A stretch of 41,764 nucleotides of DNA from Patescibacteria group bacterium (lineage in GTDB: Bacteria > Patescibacteriota > Patescibacteriia > UBA11705 > JABHMO01): NCBI GenBank assembly GCA_018818405.1, contig JAHIRY010000027.1, positions 1 to 41,764 of the forward strand, written 5' to 3'. A program made the translations under genes and the position numbers. Shown here piece after piece: positions 28,369 through 37,639 of this stretch. How positions within the stretch are numbered: the stretch's first letter is position 1; the number at the start of each line of letters is the position of its first letter. Under the pieces are notes generated by a model. That model saw only the letters and a list, made by a program, of their open reading frames with translations. It searched no databases and was not told the origin of the DNA.

Positions 28369-30450
28369 TTATGCCGCCAATTTCACATCCAACGGCTGGC
28401 CGCTCGCATTTTCAATCGCAATTTTCAGATTTTGCGCGATTCCTTTGTAAAACTCTCCATCCACCGGTTGCATAACCATTCTGCTTTCTCCTCCGGCGCC
28501 CTTCTGTATTGTGGCGGATTTCTGAGATTCCAGATCTGTTGCGAATTTATTTATTGCCGTTTTTATCGCATCAACCTTGTCTCCCATTTCAATAATGAGC
28601 GTATTAAGCGGATTTTTTCGATCGCTTGACCGCCTTGCAATCAATATATCATCGAATGCATCAATCTTTGCCGCCAACGCTCTGACTTTTTTCACTTTAT
28701 TATCAATAATTGCCGTCGGATCCTGCTCATTCAATTCCGCGTCAGTCAAAAACAATGCATCAGCTCCTTTTGCCAATTCCTTGACTGAATTTTCCCATTC
28801 TTTTTCCAGAGCTTCCGCTGATTCGGCTTTTGATTCGGCTGTTGCCGATTCTTGCTTCAATTCCGGCGCTTCTTCCGCTTTTGAACCGACAGTCGTTTCC
28901 ATTGCCGCGGCCTCTGATGGCGGCGCAACGGTTTCCGCGATTTCCGGCGCAATGGTTTCTTTTTCCGGTTTTATTTCTTTTTTCAATTCCGGCGCTTTTT
29001 CAACCGGCTTTTCCACCGGTTTTTCAGCAATAACCGGTTCTTCAACTTTTTCCGCTTCCAATGGTTTTTCTTCAATTATTTGCTCTTCATCAATCGGCTC
29101 ATATCCCACCGCGTCTTCATACGCCTGCCGTTTTGTCCGCAAATCTTCCAATTGCGCGGTTGATTCCTTGATCAGTTTTTGCATTGTTGTCATAATTCCC
29201 TTTCTGGCAGATCCTTTTTCTTCATTGCGCAGAGCAATCTCGGCAAATTTCAATTCAGCTTCCGTATCTTTGATCGATTCATTTACTTTTTCCAATTCAA
29301 CATTCAAAGCTTTCTCATCTTCAGGCGAAAGCTTTTTCTCAGCCACTTCAATTATTTCCGGCTCAACTTCCAGATGACCTTCGCTTATTTCTTCTTTTCT
29401 TTTTGCCAGTTTTGCGATTTCTTCATCAGCTTCCTTTATTTCTTTTTGAAAAGCTTCAACTTCCGCGCCGTCACTTGTTCCCGCGGCTTTTAATTTAGCC
29501 AAGGATTCCTGCGCTTTTGTCTTCGCTTCAACTTCGAGTGACACATCATCATCGATTTCATTCAACTGCGCTCTTATTTCTTCTTCAGAATGTTTTGGCT
29601 CGATTTCTTCCAAATCAGCTTCAGTCAATTCAATTTCTTCTTCCGCCTGTTCCGGCGCTTCCGGCTTTTGCGATTCTATCGCGCCGATAATTTCCGGCTC
29701 AACTTCAAGATGACCCTGGCTTATTTCTTCTTTTCTTTTTGCCAGCTTTGCAATCTCCTCATCCGCTTCCTTTACTTCTTTTTGAAATGCTTCAACTTCC
29801 GCGCCTTCGCTTGTTCCTGCGGCTTTCAATGTATCCAATGATTCCTGCGCTTTTGTTTTCGCTTCAACCTCGAGAGATACATCATCATCGATTTCATTCA
29901 ACTGAGCCGCTATTTCCTGCGGAGAATGTTCAGCTGAAATATCCGGTTCATCCGGAACAATCGGCGCTTCGATTTTAATTTCTTCTTTTGGCAATGGCGG
30001 CGGTTTTATTTCTTCCATATCTTCAGTTGTCAATTCAATCACCTCTTCCTTCCCTCCCTCAATCACTTCCAATTTCGGTTTTGCTTGAACTTCTTTGTCA
30101 ACATTCGCCGGCTCGCCGAGCATTTCAGCCAATTTTATCTCAGCAGTCAATCTTTTCATTCTTTTTTCAATATCATCCATTGATTTTTCAATATTTTCAA
30201 TTTCAGCGGTTATTTCCGCTTGTTTGTCAGGATCAATGTCTCCGCCGGCTTTTGATTTTTCCAGATCAGCCTCAGCATCTTTCAAATAACCGTCCGCAAT
30301 ATCAAAATCCTCTTGAATCGCTTCAAGCTTTTTTTGCAAACGCCCTTTTTCTCCTTCAACTCCGGTTTCCTTTTTCGATTCCGGCGCTTCCGGCGTTTGA
30401 ACGGCTTCTTGCATCGCCGATTTTTCAACATCTTGCGGTTGTTGCACCAT
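28369..30450 (-). CDS. Large acidic coiled-coil/disordered protein with an internal duplication
   Basis: 693 aa, very E/A/K-rich, two ~81-aa repeats, ends KLAA. Confidence 0.85.
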   Translation of the reverse strand: MVQQPQDVEKSAMQEAVQTPEAPESKKETGVEGEKGRLQKKLEAIQEDFDIADGYLKDAEADLEKSKAGGDIDPDKQAEITAEIENIEKSMDDIEKRMKRLTAEIKLAEMLGEPANVDKEVQAKPKLEVIEGGKEEVIELTTEDMEEIKPPPLPKEEIKIEAPIVPDEPDISAEHSPQEIAAQLNEIDDDVSLEVEAKTKAQESLDTLKAAGTSEGAEVEAFQKEVKEADEEIAKLAKRKEEISQGHLEVEPEIIGAIESQKPEAPEQAEEEIELTEADLEEIEPKHSEEEIRAQLNEIDDDVSLEVEAKTKAQESLAKLKAAGTSDGAEVEAFQKEIKEADEEIAKLAKRKEEISEGHLEVEPEIIEVAEKKLSPEDEKALNVELEKVNESIKDTEAELKFAEIALRNEEKGSARKGIMTTMQKLIKESTAQLEDLRTKRQAYEDAVGYEPIDEEQIIEEKPLEAEKVEEPVIAEKPVEKPVEKAPELKKEIKPEKETIAPEIAETVAPPSEAAAMETTVGSKAEEAPELKQESATAESKAESAEALEKEWENSVKELAKGADALFLTDAELNEQDPTAIIDNKVKKVRALAAKIDAFDDILIARRSSDRKNPLNTLIIEMGDKVDAIKTAINKFATDLESQKSATIQKGAGGESRMVMQPVDGEFYKGIAQNLKIAIENASGQPLDVKLAA
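29350..29928 (-). repeat. Intragenic direct repeat, ~243 bp x2 (29350-29592, 29686-29928)
   Basis: Period 336 bp; encodes QLNEIDDDVSLEVEAKTKAQESL..GHLEVEPEII twice. Confidence 0.92.
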
Positions 30451-30515
30451 ATTTTTTCTTTTTATTTTTAATATTTGCTATAATTATATCAGAAAATTAA
30501 TAACAAACCAAAAAT

Positions 30516-30713
30516 ATGGCGGAAATCAAATCAGAAGCAATCGCTCCGGCGACAAAAGAACAAAAAATAGCATCGCTCGAAGCGGAAATGGCCGAGCTGG
30601 CCAAGGAAGCGGCTGAAGCGAAATCAGCGTCAGCCAAAGTAAAAATAAAAATCCGGCAAATGCGCGCGGAAAAAAAATTAAAGGAAATAAGAACGCAGAT
30701 TACCGCAATGTAA
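30516..30713 (+). CDS. Small coiled-coil protein
   Basis: 65 aa with heptad pattern; followed by a terminator. Confidence 0.7.
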   Translation: MAEIKSEAIAPATKEQKIASLEAEMAELAKEAAEAKSASAKVKIKIRQMRAEKKLKEIRTQITAM

Positions 30714-30714
30714 T

Positions 30715-30744
30715 AAAAAAAACGACCGAACGGTCGTTTTTTTT
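30715..30744. terminator. Bidirectional terminator
   Basis: A8-CGACC-GAAC-GGTCG-T tract. Confidence 0.85.
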
Positions 30745-30755
30745 GTATTGAAAAT

Positions 30756-32171
30756 CTACAACTTATAATATTCTTTAAATCTTCTCATTGCATCATTGTC
30801 AGCCCTATTGAAATTATCTGTTATTTGTCTTGCTTCCAAATCTGCATTTAGATTCATGCCATATTTATTTGATAAATCAGTAATTTCTTTGGTTAAGACA
30901 CTTTTATCAGGATAAACTGATCTGCGAATTTCGTTTATGGCTCCCCTCAATTGCTCCTTGCGGATCGGTAGGGAGGCCCTGAGACCTTCCGCGTTCTCTA
31001 TCATTGTTTGCACCTGCTCTTTTGTCAACTTAAAGCTTCCTTGTTGAATTTCACCTTTTTCATCAACAATTTTTTCAACCACTACCGTTTTTGTAAAAAA
31101 ACCGAATTTTTTTAACAATGGAGCTAAAGATGCTCTCACTTGAGACACCTGCTTTAACTTTTCATCAATTTCTATCATCTCATCCGCAGTATTGGACAGG
31201 GATTCTCCCAACGAGTTAACTTTTTCTGAAATGTTCTCCTGATATTCTTTCAGCTTCGCTTCTCCTTCTTCGAATTTCATTTTTTTAGCTTCATCTTCCT
31301 TCCGCATCTCTTCCAATTTCGCTTCGTGTTCTTTATCTATCCCCTGTTCCGCCGCCGCCTCCTTTAGCGCTTCAGCTGTAATTTCTTGATCTGCCGCCTC
31401 AGGACTTTCTTCTTTTTTCTCCATCCCCGCCTTTAATTCATCTCGTCTTTTCCCCAAAGCAACCATTTCCTGATATTCTGCGGAATTGAACAACTGCGAA
31501 ACATTATTCATCTGTTCCTCCGAAATTTTACCCGGTAAATTTTTTTGCGCATACCCAGCCAGTTGCTCCATGTTCATTTTTTCAATTTCTTTACGCTGCT
31601 CATCAGAAATTGGTTCCAGTTTATCCAATGCATCGCCAATATCATACTTTTGAAGTATCGCATTCATCCTACCACTCCAATGATCAACTATTTCTGAATA
31701 TTCCTCCGCTGGTGTTTTTTCCCCTGGCAATTCTTCAATTATATCGGCTTCGGATAATTCGATAGTATCTTTCGCCGCTTCAACCAGTTCTTCTTCCACT
31801 GCTTCCGCCGGAGCTTCCTCTTTCAATTCAGGCGCCTCTTCCACGACTTCCTCAGCCGAACCGGTCAAAGCCGCTTCCTGCTCTCTCAAAATAGCCAGTC
31901 TCTTCTCAATCTTGTCTTGCCTCGCCTCGACAAGTTCGATTCCTTTTTTAATCGCATCCATTTCTTTTTTATTCTCAGCTGTTTCTGGTCCGAGCGATTC
32001 CAGCTCTTCCTCCATCATTTCCAGATCAGCATCCATATTCTCAAAATCCTTTTCAATTTTTCCCCTCGACTTTTTCAAATCCTCCATTTTTTCCGCTGTT
32101 GATTTTTCCCGCGCTTCCGCTTTTACGGGCTGTTCTTTTGAATCTTGTCTTTTTTCCGCAGTAAATGCCAT
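30756..32171 (-). CDS. Acidic coiled-coil hypothetical protein
   Basis: 471 aa, E/K-rich; EEAPELKEE and IELSEAD motifs. Confidence 0.85.
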   Translation of the reverse strand: MAFTAEKRQDSKEQPVKAEAREKSTAEKMEDLKKSRGKIEKDFENMDADLEMMEEELESLGPETAENKKEMDAIKKGIELVEARQDKIEKRLAILREQEAALTGSAEEVVEEAPELKEEAPAEAVEEELVEAAKDTIELSEADIIEELPGEKTPAEEYSEIVDHWSGRMNAILQKYDIGDALDKLEPISDEQRKEIEKMNMEQLAGYAQKNLPGKISEEQMNNVSQLFNSAEYQEMVALGKRRDELKAGMEKKEESPEAADQEITAEALKEAAAEQGIDKEHEAKLEEMRKEDEAKKMKFEEGEAKLKEYQENISEKVNSLGESLSNTADEMIEIDEKLKQVSQVRASLAPLLKKFGFFTKTVVVEKIVDEKGEIQQGSFKLTKEQVQTMIENAEGLRASLPIRKEQLRGAINEIRRSVYPDKSVLTKEITDLSNKYGMNLNADLEARQITDNFNRADNDAMRRFKEYYKL

Positions 32172-32221
32172 AATGTTTAAATTATTTGTCTTGCTTTAAT
32201 TTTACCACATTATAAAAAAAC

Positions 32222-32263
32222 AAAAAAATGTCATGCTTCGACAGGCTCAGCATGACATTTTTT
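32222..32263. terminator. Terminator/REP-like hairpin, copy 2
   Basis: TGTCATGCT-TCGACAGGCTC-AGCATGACA with A and T tracts. Confidence 0.75.
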
Positions 32264-32265
32264 GT

Positions 32266-32301
32266 TTCGCATTAATTCGCATCAATTCGCACTTATTCGC
32301 A
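32266..32301. repeat. 10-bp tandem repeat x4 immediately after the ychF stop
   Basis: TTCGCA at 32266, 32276, 32286 and 32296. Confidence 0.8.
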
Positions 32302-32302
32302 T

Positions 32303-33391
32303 TTAAACACTAAACCGAAAAACGCAAACATCGCCATCTTTCACTTCATAAATCTTTCCTTCCAGCCGAATCAAACCTTTTTCCTTTGCCGCCGGCTCGC
32401 TCCCGCTGTCCAGCAAATCCTTCCAGTTGATCACCTCGGCCGCGATAAATCCGCGCTCAAAATCGCCGTGAATAACGCCGGCCGCTTGCGGCGCTTTTGT
32501 TCCTCTTTTTATTGTCCACGCTTTTGTTTCCATTTCTCCTGTTGTGATAAAACTGATCAAATCCAAAATTTTATAAGCTTCCACAATTATTCTGTCCAGT
32601 CCGGTCATGCTGATTCCCGCTGACTCCAAATATTCTATCACTTCATCGGAATTAAGTTCCGCCAGCTCGGATTCCAGCTGCGCGCAAATCGGGATTACCA
32701 CCTCTTTTTTCAAAATCTCGATTTCAACCGGCTTATTCAATTCGCTTTCATCCACATTCAAAACATAAATCATCGGCTTTATTGTCAGCAAATTCAATTG
32801 TTTTAAAATCTTCATTTCATCTTCATCCAAATCAAACGTTCTCAACAATATTCCATTTTCCAAAGCCGGAATTATTTTTGTTTCCAGAAATTCCGCGGCT
32901 TTTCGGTCATCTTTTTCCGTTTTCAAGGCAGCTGTTTTTAATTTACTTTTCAATTTCGACAAATGCTTGCTCGCTGTTTCCAGATCAGCGAAAGCCAATT
33001 CAATATTTATCACTTCAACATCGCTCGCCGGATCGACTTTTCCCGCGACATGAATAATGTCGCCCGATTTGAAATCGCGAACAACCTGACAAATCGCGTC
33101 AACTTCTCGAATATTGGCGAGAAATTTATTTCCCAGACCTTCGCCTTTGTGCGCGCCTTTTACAATTCCCGCAATATCGATAAACTCGATCGCGGTTGGC
33201 ACGATTTTTTTTGATTTGGAAAATTCCGCCAATTTTGACAGCCGCTCATCCGGCACAGCCACAACGCCTTTATTCGGCTCAATCGTGCAAAAAGGATAAT
33301 TGGCAATATCAATTTGTTTTTTCGTTAATGCTTTGAATAATGTAGACTTGCCCACATTCGGCAGGCCGACTATTCCGATTGAAAATGACAT
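32303..33391 (-). CDS. ychF: Redox-regulated ATPase YchF
   Basis: [36 protein letters not shown] domain. Confidence 0.98.
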   Translation of the reverse strand: MSFSIGIVGLPNVGKSTLFKALTKKQIDIANYPFCTIEPNKGVVAVPDERLSKLAEFSKSKKIVPTAIEFIDIAGIVKGAHKGEGLGNKFLANIREVDAICQVVRDFKSGDIIHVAGKVDPASDVEVINIELAFADLETASKHLSKLKSKLKTAALKTEKDDRKAAEFLETKIIPALENGILLRTFDLDEDEMKILKQLNLLTIKPMIYVLNVDESELNKPVEIEILKKEVVIPICAQLESELAELNSDEVIEYLESAGISMTGLDRIIVEAYKILDLISFITTGEMETKAWTIKRGTKAPQAAGVIHGDFERGFIAAEVINWKDLLDSGSEPAAKEKGLIRLEGKIYEVKDGDVCVFRFSV

Positions 33392-33430
33392 AGATTTATT
33401 AGTATTAATCGTTACGACTATACGAAATTT

Positions 33431-33581
33431 CGGCTATCCGGCTATCCGGCTAGCAAAATATTGAAATTTATAATTTCCGGATCCACTGGTCTCCGGGTCT
33501 CCTGGTCCCCTGGTCCCCGGGTCTCCTGGTTCCCTGGTCTCCGGGTCTCCTGGTTCCCTGGTCTCCGGGTCTCCTGGTCCC
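33431..33581. repeat. 8-mer tandem arrays upstream of ychF
   Basis: CGGCTATC x~3 (33431-33452); 12 units of C(T/G)GGT(C/T)(T/C)C (33486-33581) with a 24-bp super-period. Confidence 0.9.
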
Positions 33582-33684
33582 CAGCTCCCCTCGTTCACCG
33601 AAACATCAACTCCACCAATCTACCAGAAATCCAGCAAAAAGAAAAGACCGGAAATCCGGCTTTTCATTGATGCACAGTCAAATC

Positions 33685-34575
33685 TTACTCGGTCAGCGCA
33701 AAAGTCGCGACAATTTCTTCAAATGTTTTCCTGGCGTCAAAATAACCGGTCAATTTTTTGTTTGCGATATTGAATGTCGCGCGATAAATTTTGTCTTCCG
33801 TTAAAATCATTATTGTCGGAATTTGATTGTTCGCTTCATCAACATTTATGTAATACAACATTTTTCCATCGTCAAAGTCATAAATGTCCAGCATTTCCAA
33901 TCCTGAAAACGCCGCATATTTCGCTCTGACCGTCATGTCTGACATTTCCGGATAATCCGACTCTATTATCACTGCGTTCAAAAAATCCGCTTGCCCTGTC
34001 GGCTGTAAATACACGATTTCCGAATCAATATTTTCTTTATCATTTGCTTTTATCAATGAACGAACCACTTCCCAATTTCTCGGATAATTAACAGTGAAAC
34101 TCAAATTTTCATCAGACAAAGCATTCCAATTCCCCGCATTCACCGAAGTGGGAATTTTCCTTGTTTTTTCGAATATATCAATCACCGCGGATTTGTTCGA
34201 AGCGCTCTCTTCTTCAAGGTTATTTGTTTTTTCTCGGAGATTGTTCAATTCCGCCTTCAAATCATTCACTTCCTGCTCCATGTTTTCCTTCACCAAATCT
34301 CCGCCCGCTTTTATTTCTCCGAATTTATCTTTTGTGTAGCCGACAAGAATTCCTATAATTCCCAGCGCGATTATGACAGCCACCGCTATGCTGAAAACTT
34401 TTGTTTCGCTTATCGATGTTTTTTTTCTCTCGGGAATTTCCCGCTTTTCCGGTTTTTCCATCTTGGCCGGTTTTGCCGGCTTCTCCGCTTTGCTCGCGGT
34501 TTTTCGGCTTCGTCTCTGTCGCGGCTTTTTCACTCCGCCGCTCTCCAATTCTTCTATTATATTTTCCAAAGCCAT
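33685..34575 (-). CDS. Membrane-anchored protein (TM, coiled coil, PsbP-like C-domain)
   Basis: Basic N-tail, TM helix, heptads, FTVNYPRNW..FEEIVATF. Confidence 0.75.
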   Translation of the reverse strand: MALENIIEELESGGVKKPRQRRSRKTASKAEKPAKPAKMEKPEKREIPERKKTSISETKVFSIAVAVIIALGIIGILVGYTKDKFGEIKAGGDLVKENMEQEVNDLKAELNNLREKTNNLEEESASNKSAVIDIFEKTRKIPTSVNAGNWNALSDENLSFTVNYPRNWEVVRSLIKANDKENIDSEIVYLQPTGQADFLNAVIIESDYPEMSDMTVRAKYAAFSGLEMLDIYDFDDGKMLYYINVDEANNQIPTIMILTEDKIYRATFNIANKKLTGYFDARKTFEEIVATFALTE

Positions 34576-34706
34576 ACGCGTTTTGATTACTTATTATCAA
34601 TAACATTTTAGCATCTTCAATTATTTTGGCAAATAAGTTTTTCCGCAATAAATTGTATAACCGCGATAAAAAATGTATAATGCAATTATTGAAATAACAA
34701 AATCTT

Positions 34707-36464
34707 ATGGCAGACAGTCACCTATCAATCGAAGAATTATTATCAAAAAAAGCAAAAACCCAATTAAAAGGCGGAGCCGCTCCTGCCGCCGGCGCCGCGC
34801 CAACTTCCGATGAAGATGAATCAACGGGCGGGAAATTGGAAAAAAAATTGGAAAACATTCAAATCTCAGGAGCGGAAGCAAAAGTAAAAAGCGATGCTGA
34901 CGCGCTCGGACTTCCATATCTTGATCTAACTGCATTTCCCATGAGCGAGGAAGCGCTGAAAACCATTCCGGAAAATGTTTGCCGGGAAAATAATTTGATT
35001 TGTTTTGTAAATACGGGCGAAGAATTTCGGCTGGCCTCAACCGATCCGAAAAATCCCAAAATTGAAGAAATCAAACACAGCCTCGAAGATTCTCTTCATT
35101 CAAAAGGCGCGCTGTACCTGATTTCAAAACGCAGTCTGGAAAAAGCGCTGAAACAATATGCAAGGCTGCCGAAACTAAAAGCCGCCCCAAAAGGAGTTGA
35201 AGTGAGCGCCGAAGAAATGGAAAAATTCAAATCAATTGTCACCAATTTCAAACAATTGGATGAATATATCAAAAAAGTTAATGTCACCGAATTGGTAACT
35301 CTTATTATCGCGGCCGCGGTTCAGGCGAATTCTTCCGACATTCATATTGAAGCCGAAGAAAATGATGTTAAAGTCAGATTTCGCGTTGACGGAATTTTGC
35401 ATGATGCCGCGTCAATCGACAAAGCTCTCTGGCCGAAAATAATTTCCAGAATAAAACTGCTTTCAGGTTTGAAACTTAATATCACGGAAAAACCGCAAGA
35501 CGGCAGATTCAGCATCAAAATGACTGAAGGAAAAATGGATGTCCGCGTATCCTGCACTCCGATCACTTGGGGCGAGAGCGTTGTTATGAGATTGCTAAAG
35601 GCTTCTTCAACTTCTCTGACATTTGAAGATCTGGGAATTATCGGCAAAGCTTATGCTGAACTGAAAACGCAAACGGAACGGCCGAACGGAATGATTATCA
35701 CCACCGGTCCGACCGGATCCGGAAAAACGACAACTCTTTACGCGATTTTAAATAAGTTGAATACGGAAGGAATAAAAATTTTCACGCTGGAAGATCCGGT
35801 GGAATACAAACTCGAAGGAATAAATCAAAGCCAGATCGATCACAGCAAAGGATATTCATTTGCCGACGGACTAAGATCGATCCTGCGCCAAGATCCTGAT
35901 ATTGTCATGGTCGGAGAAATGCGCGATCTCGAAACAGCGGAAACCGCAATAAACTCGGCGCTCACCGGACATCTGGTGCTTTCCACCATTCACACCAACA
36001 GCGCGGCCGGCGCAATTCCAAGATTTCTGGCGCTCGGAGTAAAACCGTTTCTTCTGGCACCCGCATTGAACATTGTCATGGGTCAGCGATTGGTGAGAAA
36101 AATTTGTCAGGAATGCAAACAAGAAGTTCAACTGGATCCGGAAAAATTAAAAAGAGCGACTGAACTTTTATCCGCCATTCCGGAAAAACATCCTGATCGG
36201 CCGGATCTGAGCAAACTTGTATTCTATGAATCAAAAGGCTGCAAAACCTGCAATGATATCGGATACAAAGGACGGCTGGGAATTTATGAAATTATGATTC
36301 TCTCTCCGGAAATAGAAAAACTAATCTCAGTGGAAAATGTTTCGGAAAATGATATTCAAAACGAAGCGATCAAAGGCGGAATGATTACAATGGCGCAAGA
36401 CGGATTGCTAAAAGCGCTCAAAGGAATAACTTCGGTGGATGAAATCTTCAGAGTCAGCGAATAA
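34707..36464 (+). CDS. GspE/PilB-family type IV pilus/T2SS assembly ATPase
   Basis: SDIHIE, RFRVDG, PQDGR, GPTGSGKTT, LRQDPD..GEMRD, STIHTN, CxxC..CxxC. Confidence 0.95.
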   Translation: MADSHLSIEELLSKKAKTQLKGGAAPAAGAAPTSDEDESTGGKLEKKLENIQISGAEAKVKSDADALGLPYLDLTAFPMSEEALKTIPENVCRENNLICFVNTGEEFRLASTDPKNPKIEEIKHSLEDSLHSKGALYLISKRSLEKALKQYARLPKLKAAPKGVEVSAEEMEKFKSIVTNFKQLDEYIKKVNVTELVTLIIAAAVQANSSDIHIEAEENDVKVRFRVDGILHDAASIDKALWPKIISRIKLLSGLKLNITEKPQDGRFSIKMTEGKMDVRVSCTPITWGESVVMRLLKASSTSLTFEDLGIIGKAYAELKTQTERPNGMIITTGPTGSGKTTTLYAILNKLNTEGIKIFTLEDPVEYKLEGINQSQIDHSKGYSFADGLRSILRQDPDIVMVGEMRDLETAETAINSALTGHLVLSTIHTNSAAGAIPRFLALGVKPFLLAPALNIVMGQRLVRKICQECKQEVQLDPEKLKRATELLSAIPEKHPDRPDLSKLVFYESKGCKTCNDIGYKGRLGIYEIMILSPEIEKLISVENVSENDIQNEAIKGGMITMAQDGLLKALKGITSVDEIFRVSE

Positions 36465-36475
36465 TCAGACAAAAC

Positions 36476-36503
36476 AAAAAAGAGCTTTTCAAAGCTCTTT
36501 TTT
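36476..36503 (+). terminator. Intrinsic terminator
   Basis: AAGAGCTT-TTCA-AAGCTCTT followed by a T tract. Confidence 0.8.
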
Positions 36504-36593
36504 ATTTTCATTCTTGACAACCCCGTAAATCGTGCTATTCTATATTATTGTTTGTTCATTACCCCACAACGAACAAAGGCGGAGGAGGCAATA

Positions 36594-36977
36594 ATGCGGA
36601 ATGACTTTCGGGAAAAAATCCAAGTGCTCAGCGACAAAGCAAATGATCTTCGTCGAAAACTTGATGATCCCTACCGCCATGAAACTCATAGACTGTTCAT
36701 GCTCAGTCAATTGAAACAAGTGTCAATCGCCCTGCTAAAAATTCGTATAACTCCTGCAGCTTACGGATCATGCGAGAAATGCGAGGAACTCATCGAGGAG
36801 GCTCGGCTCGCAATTATTCCGGAAGCTCAATTCTGCGTTGATTGCGCGGAAGAGCAAGAAAAACTTCAGCGAAAGACGGCGCCCGAACTGACCGATCTGG
36901 CGAAAGACTGCGAAACATTTTCTCCGGAAGATCCGCATGAAAACATCGTGGCTCGATTCAAAGCGGCGGAGGTGTAA
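36594..36977 (+). CDS. TraR/DksA C4-type zinc finger protein
   Basis: YGSCEKCEELIEEARLAIIPEAQFCVDC; GGAGGAGG SD; promoter TTGACA-16-TATTCT at 36514-36541. Confidence 0.85.
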   Translation: MRNDFREKIQVLSDKANDLRRKLDDPYRHETHRLFMLSQLKQVSIALLKIRITPAAYGSCEKCEELIEEARLAIIPEAQFCVDCAEEQEKLQRKTAPELTDLAKDCETFSPEDPHENIVARFKAAEV

Positions 36978-36978
36978 G

Positions 36979-37248
36979 ATGTCAAGGGGGGAAGAAATCA
37001 TTCAACTTGCGGTCCAATCGCTCGGACAAATGCAACCGGATATTCCCATTGATTTGGCGCTGGCAACATTGATTCCGCTGTGGCAAGACTATGTCCGGCA
37101 GATCATGCCCGGCAACCTGCGCGAACAGTTTGAAAGAATCGAATGTGTTAGAAAAAAAATTGAATTCTGCGATCAAGGCGATCCGCAATTCAGACTGACC
37201 GCATTCTGGCGGATTTCTCTCCAGCGCTACATTCAGACTTTCAACTAG
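36979..37248 (+). CDS. Orphan protein
   Basis: GGAGGT SD before ATG 36979; terminator-like hairpin at ~37265-37290. Confidence 0.65.
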   Translation: MSRGEEIIQLAVQSLGQMQPDIPIDLALATLIPLWQDYVRQIMPGNLREQFERIECVRKKIEFCDQGDPQFRLTAFWRISLQRYIQTFN

Positions 37249-37421
37249 AAAGTCAAAAAAAATTGACCGGGTTCACAATCCGGTCTTTTTCTTTTCATCA
37301 GATGAACTAAATGTTAAAATTAGTTCAAATTCCATGTAATTATTCAACAAACTGCAAATACTTGACATAATCAAATATTTATTATAATCTTAATTCTCCA
37401 CTCAAAAAAAGGAAGATCACC

Positions 37422-37595
37422 ATGAAAGCAACAGAATTAACCAAAACCCAAAAGGAGTATTTCGAACTGCTGACGGCAATCGCCGCTGAACGAGGATTGA
37501 CGATTCAGATCAGAAATCAAAAGATTCTGTGGAGGAGCCGTAAAACCGGAAGATTCGTCACGTGGTCTTCCATCAACATTTTGTCCAAAAAATAA
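37422..37595 (+). CDS. 57-aa small basic protein missed by the ORF track
   Basis: MKATELTK..WRSRKTGRFVTW..SKK*; TTGACA (37362) promoter, AAGGAAG, terminator at 37598-37628. Confidence 0.65.
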   Translation: MKATELTKTQKEYFELLTAIAAERGLTIQIRNQKILWRSRKTGRFVTWSSINILSKK

Positions 37596-37639
37596 AACAG
37601 AGCCCTTGCAACAAGAGCTCTGTATTATTTTAAAAAACT

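Noticed and set aside
29350-29928. Diversity-generating retroelement TR/VR pair
   Set aside because: In-frame intragenic duplication with mostly synonymous, non-adenine-specific differences; no reverse transcriptase in the window.
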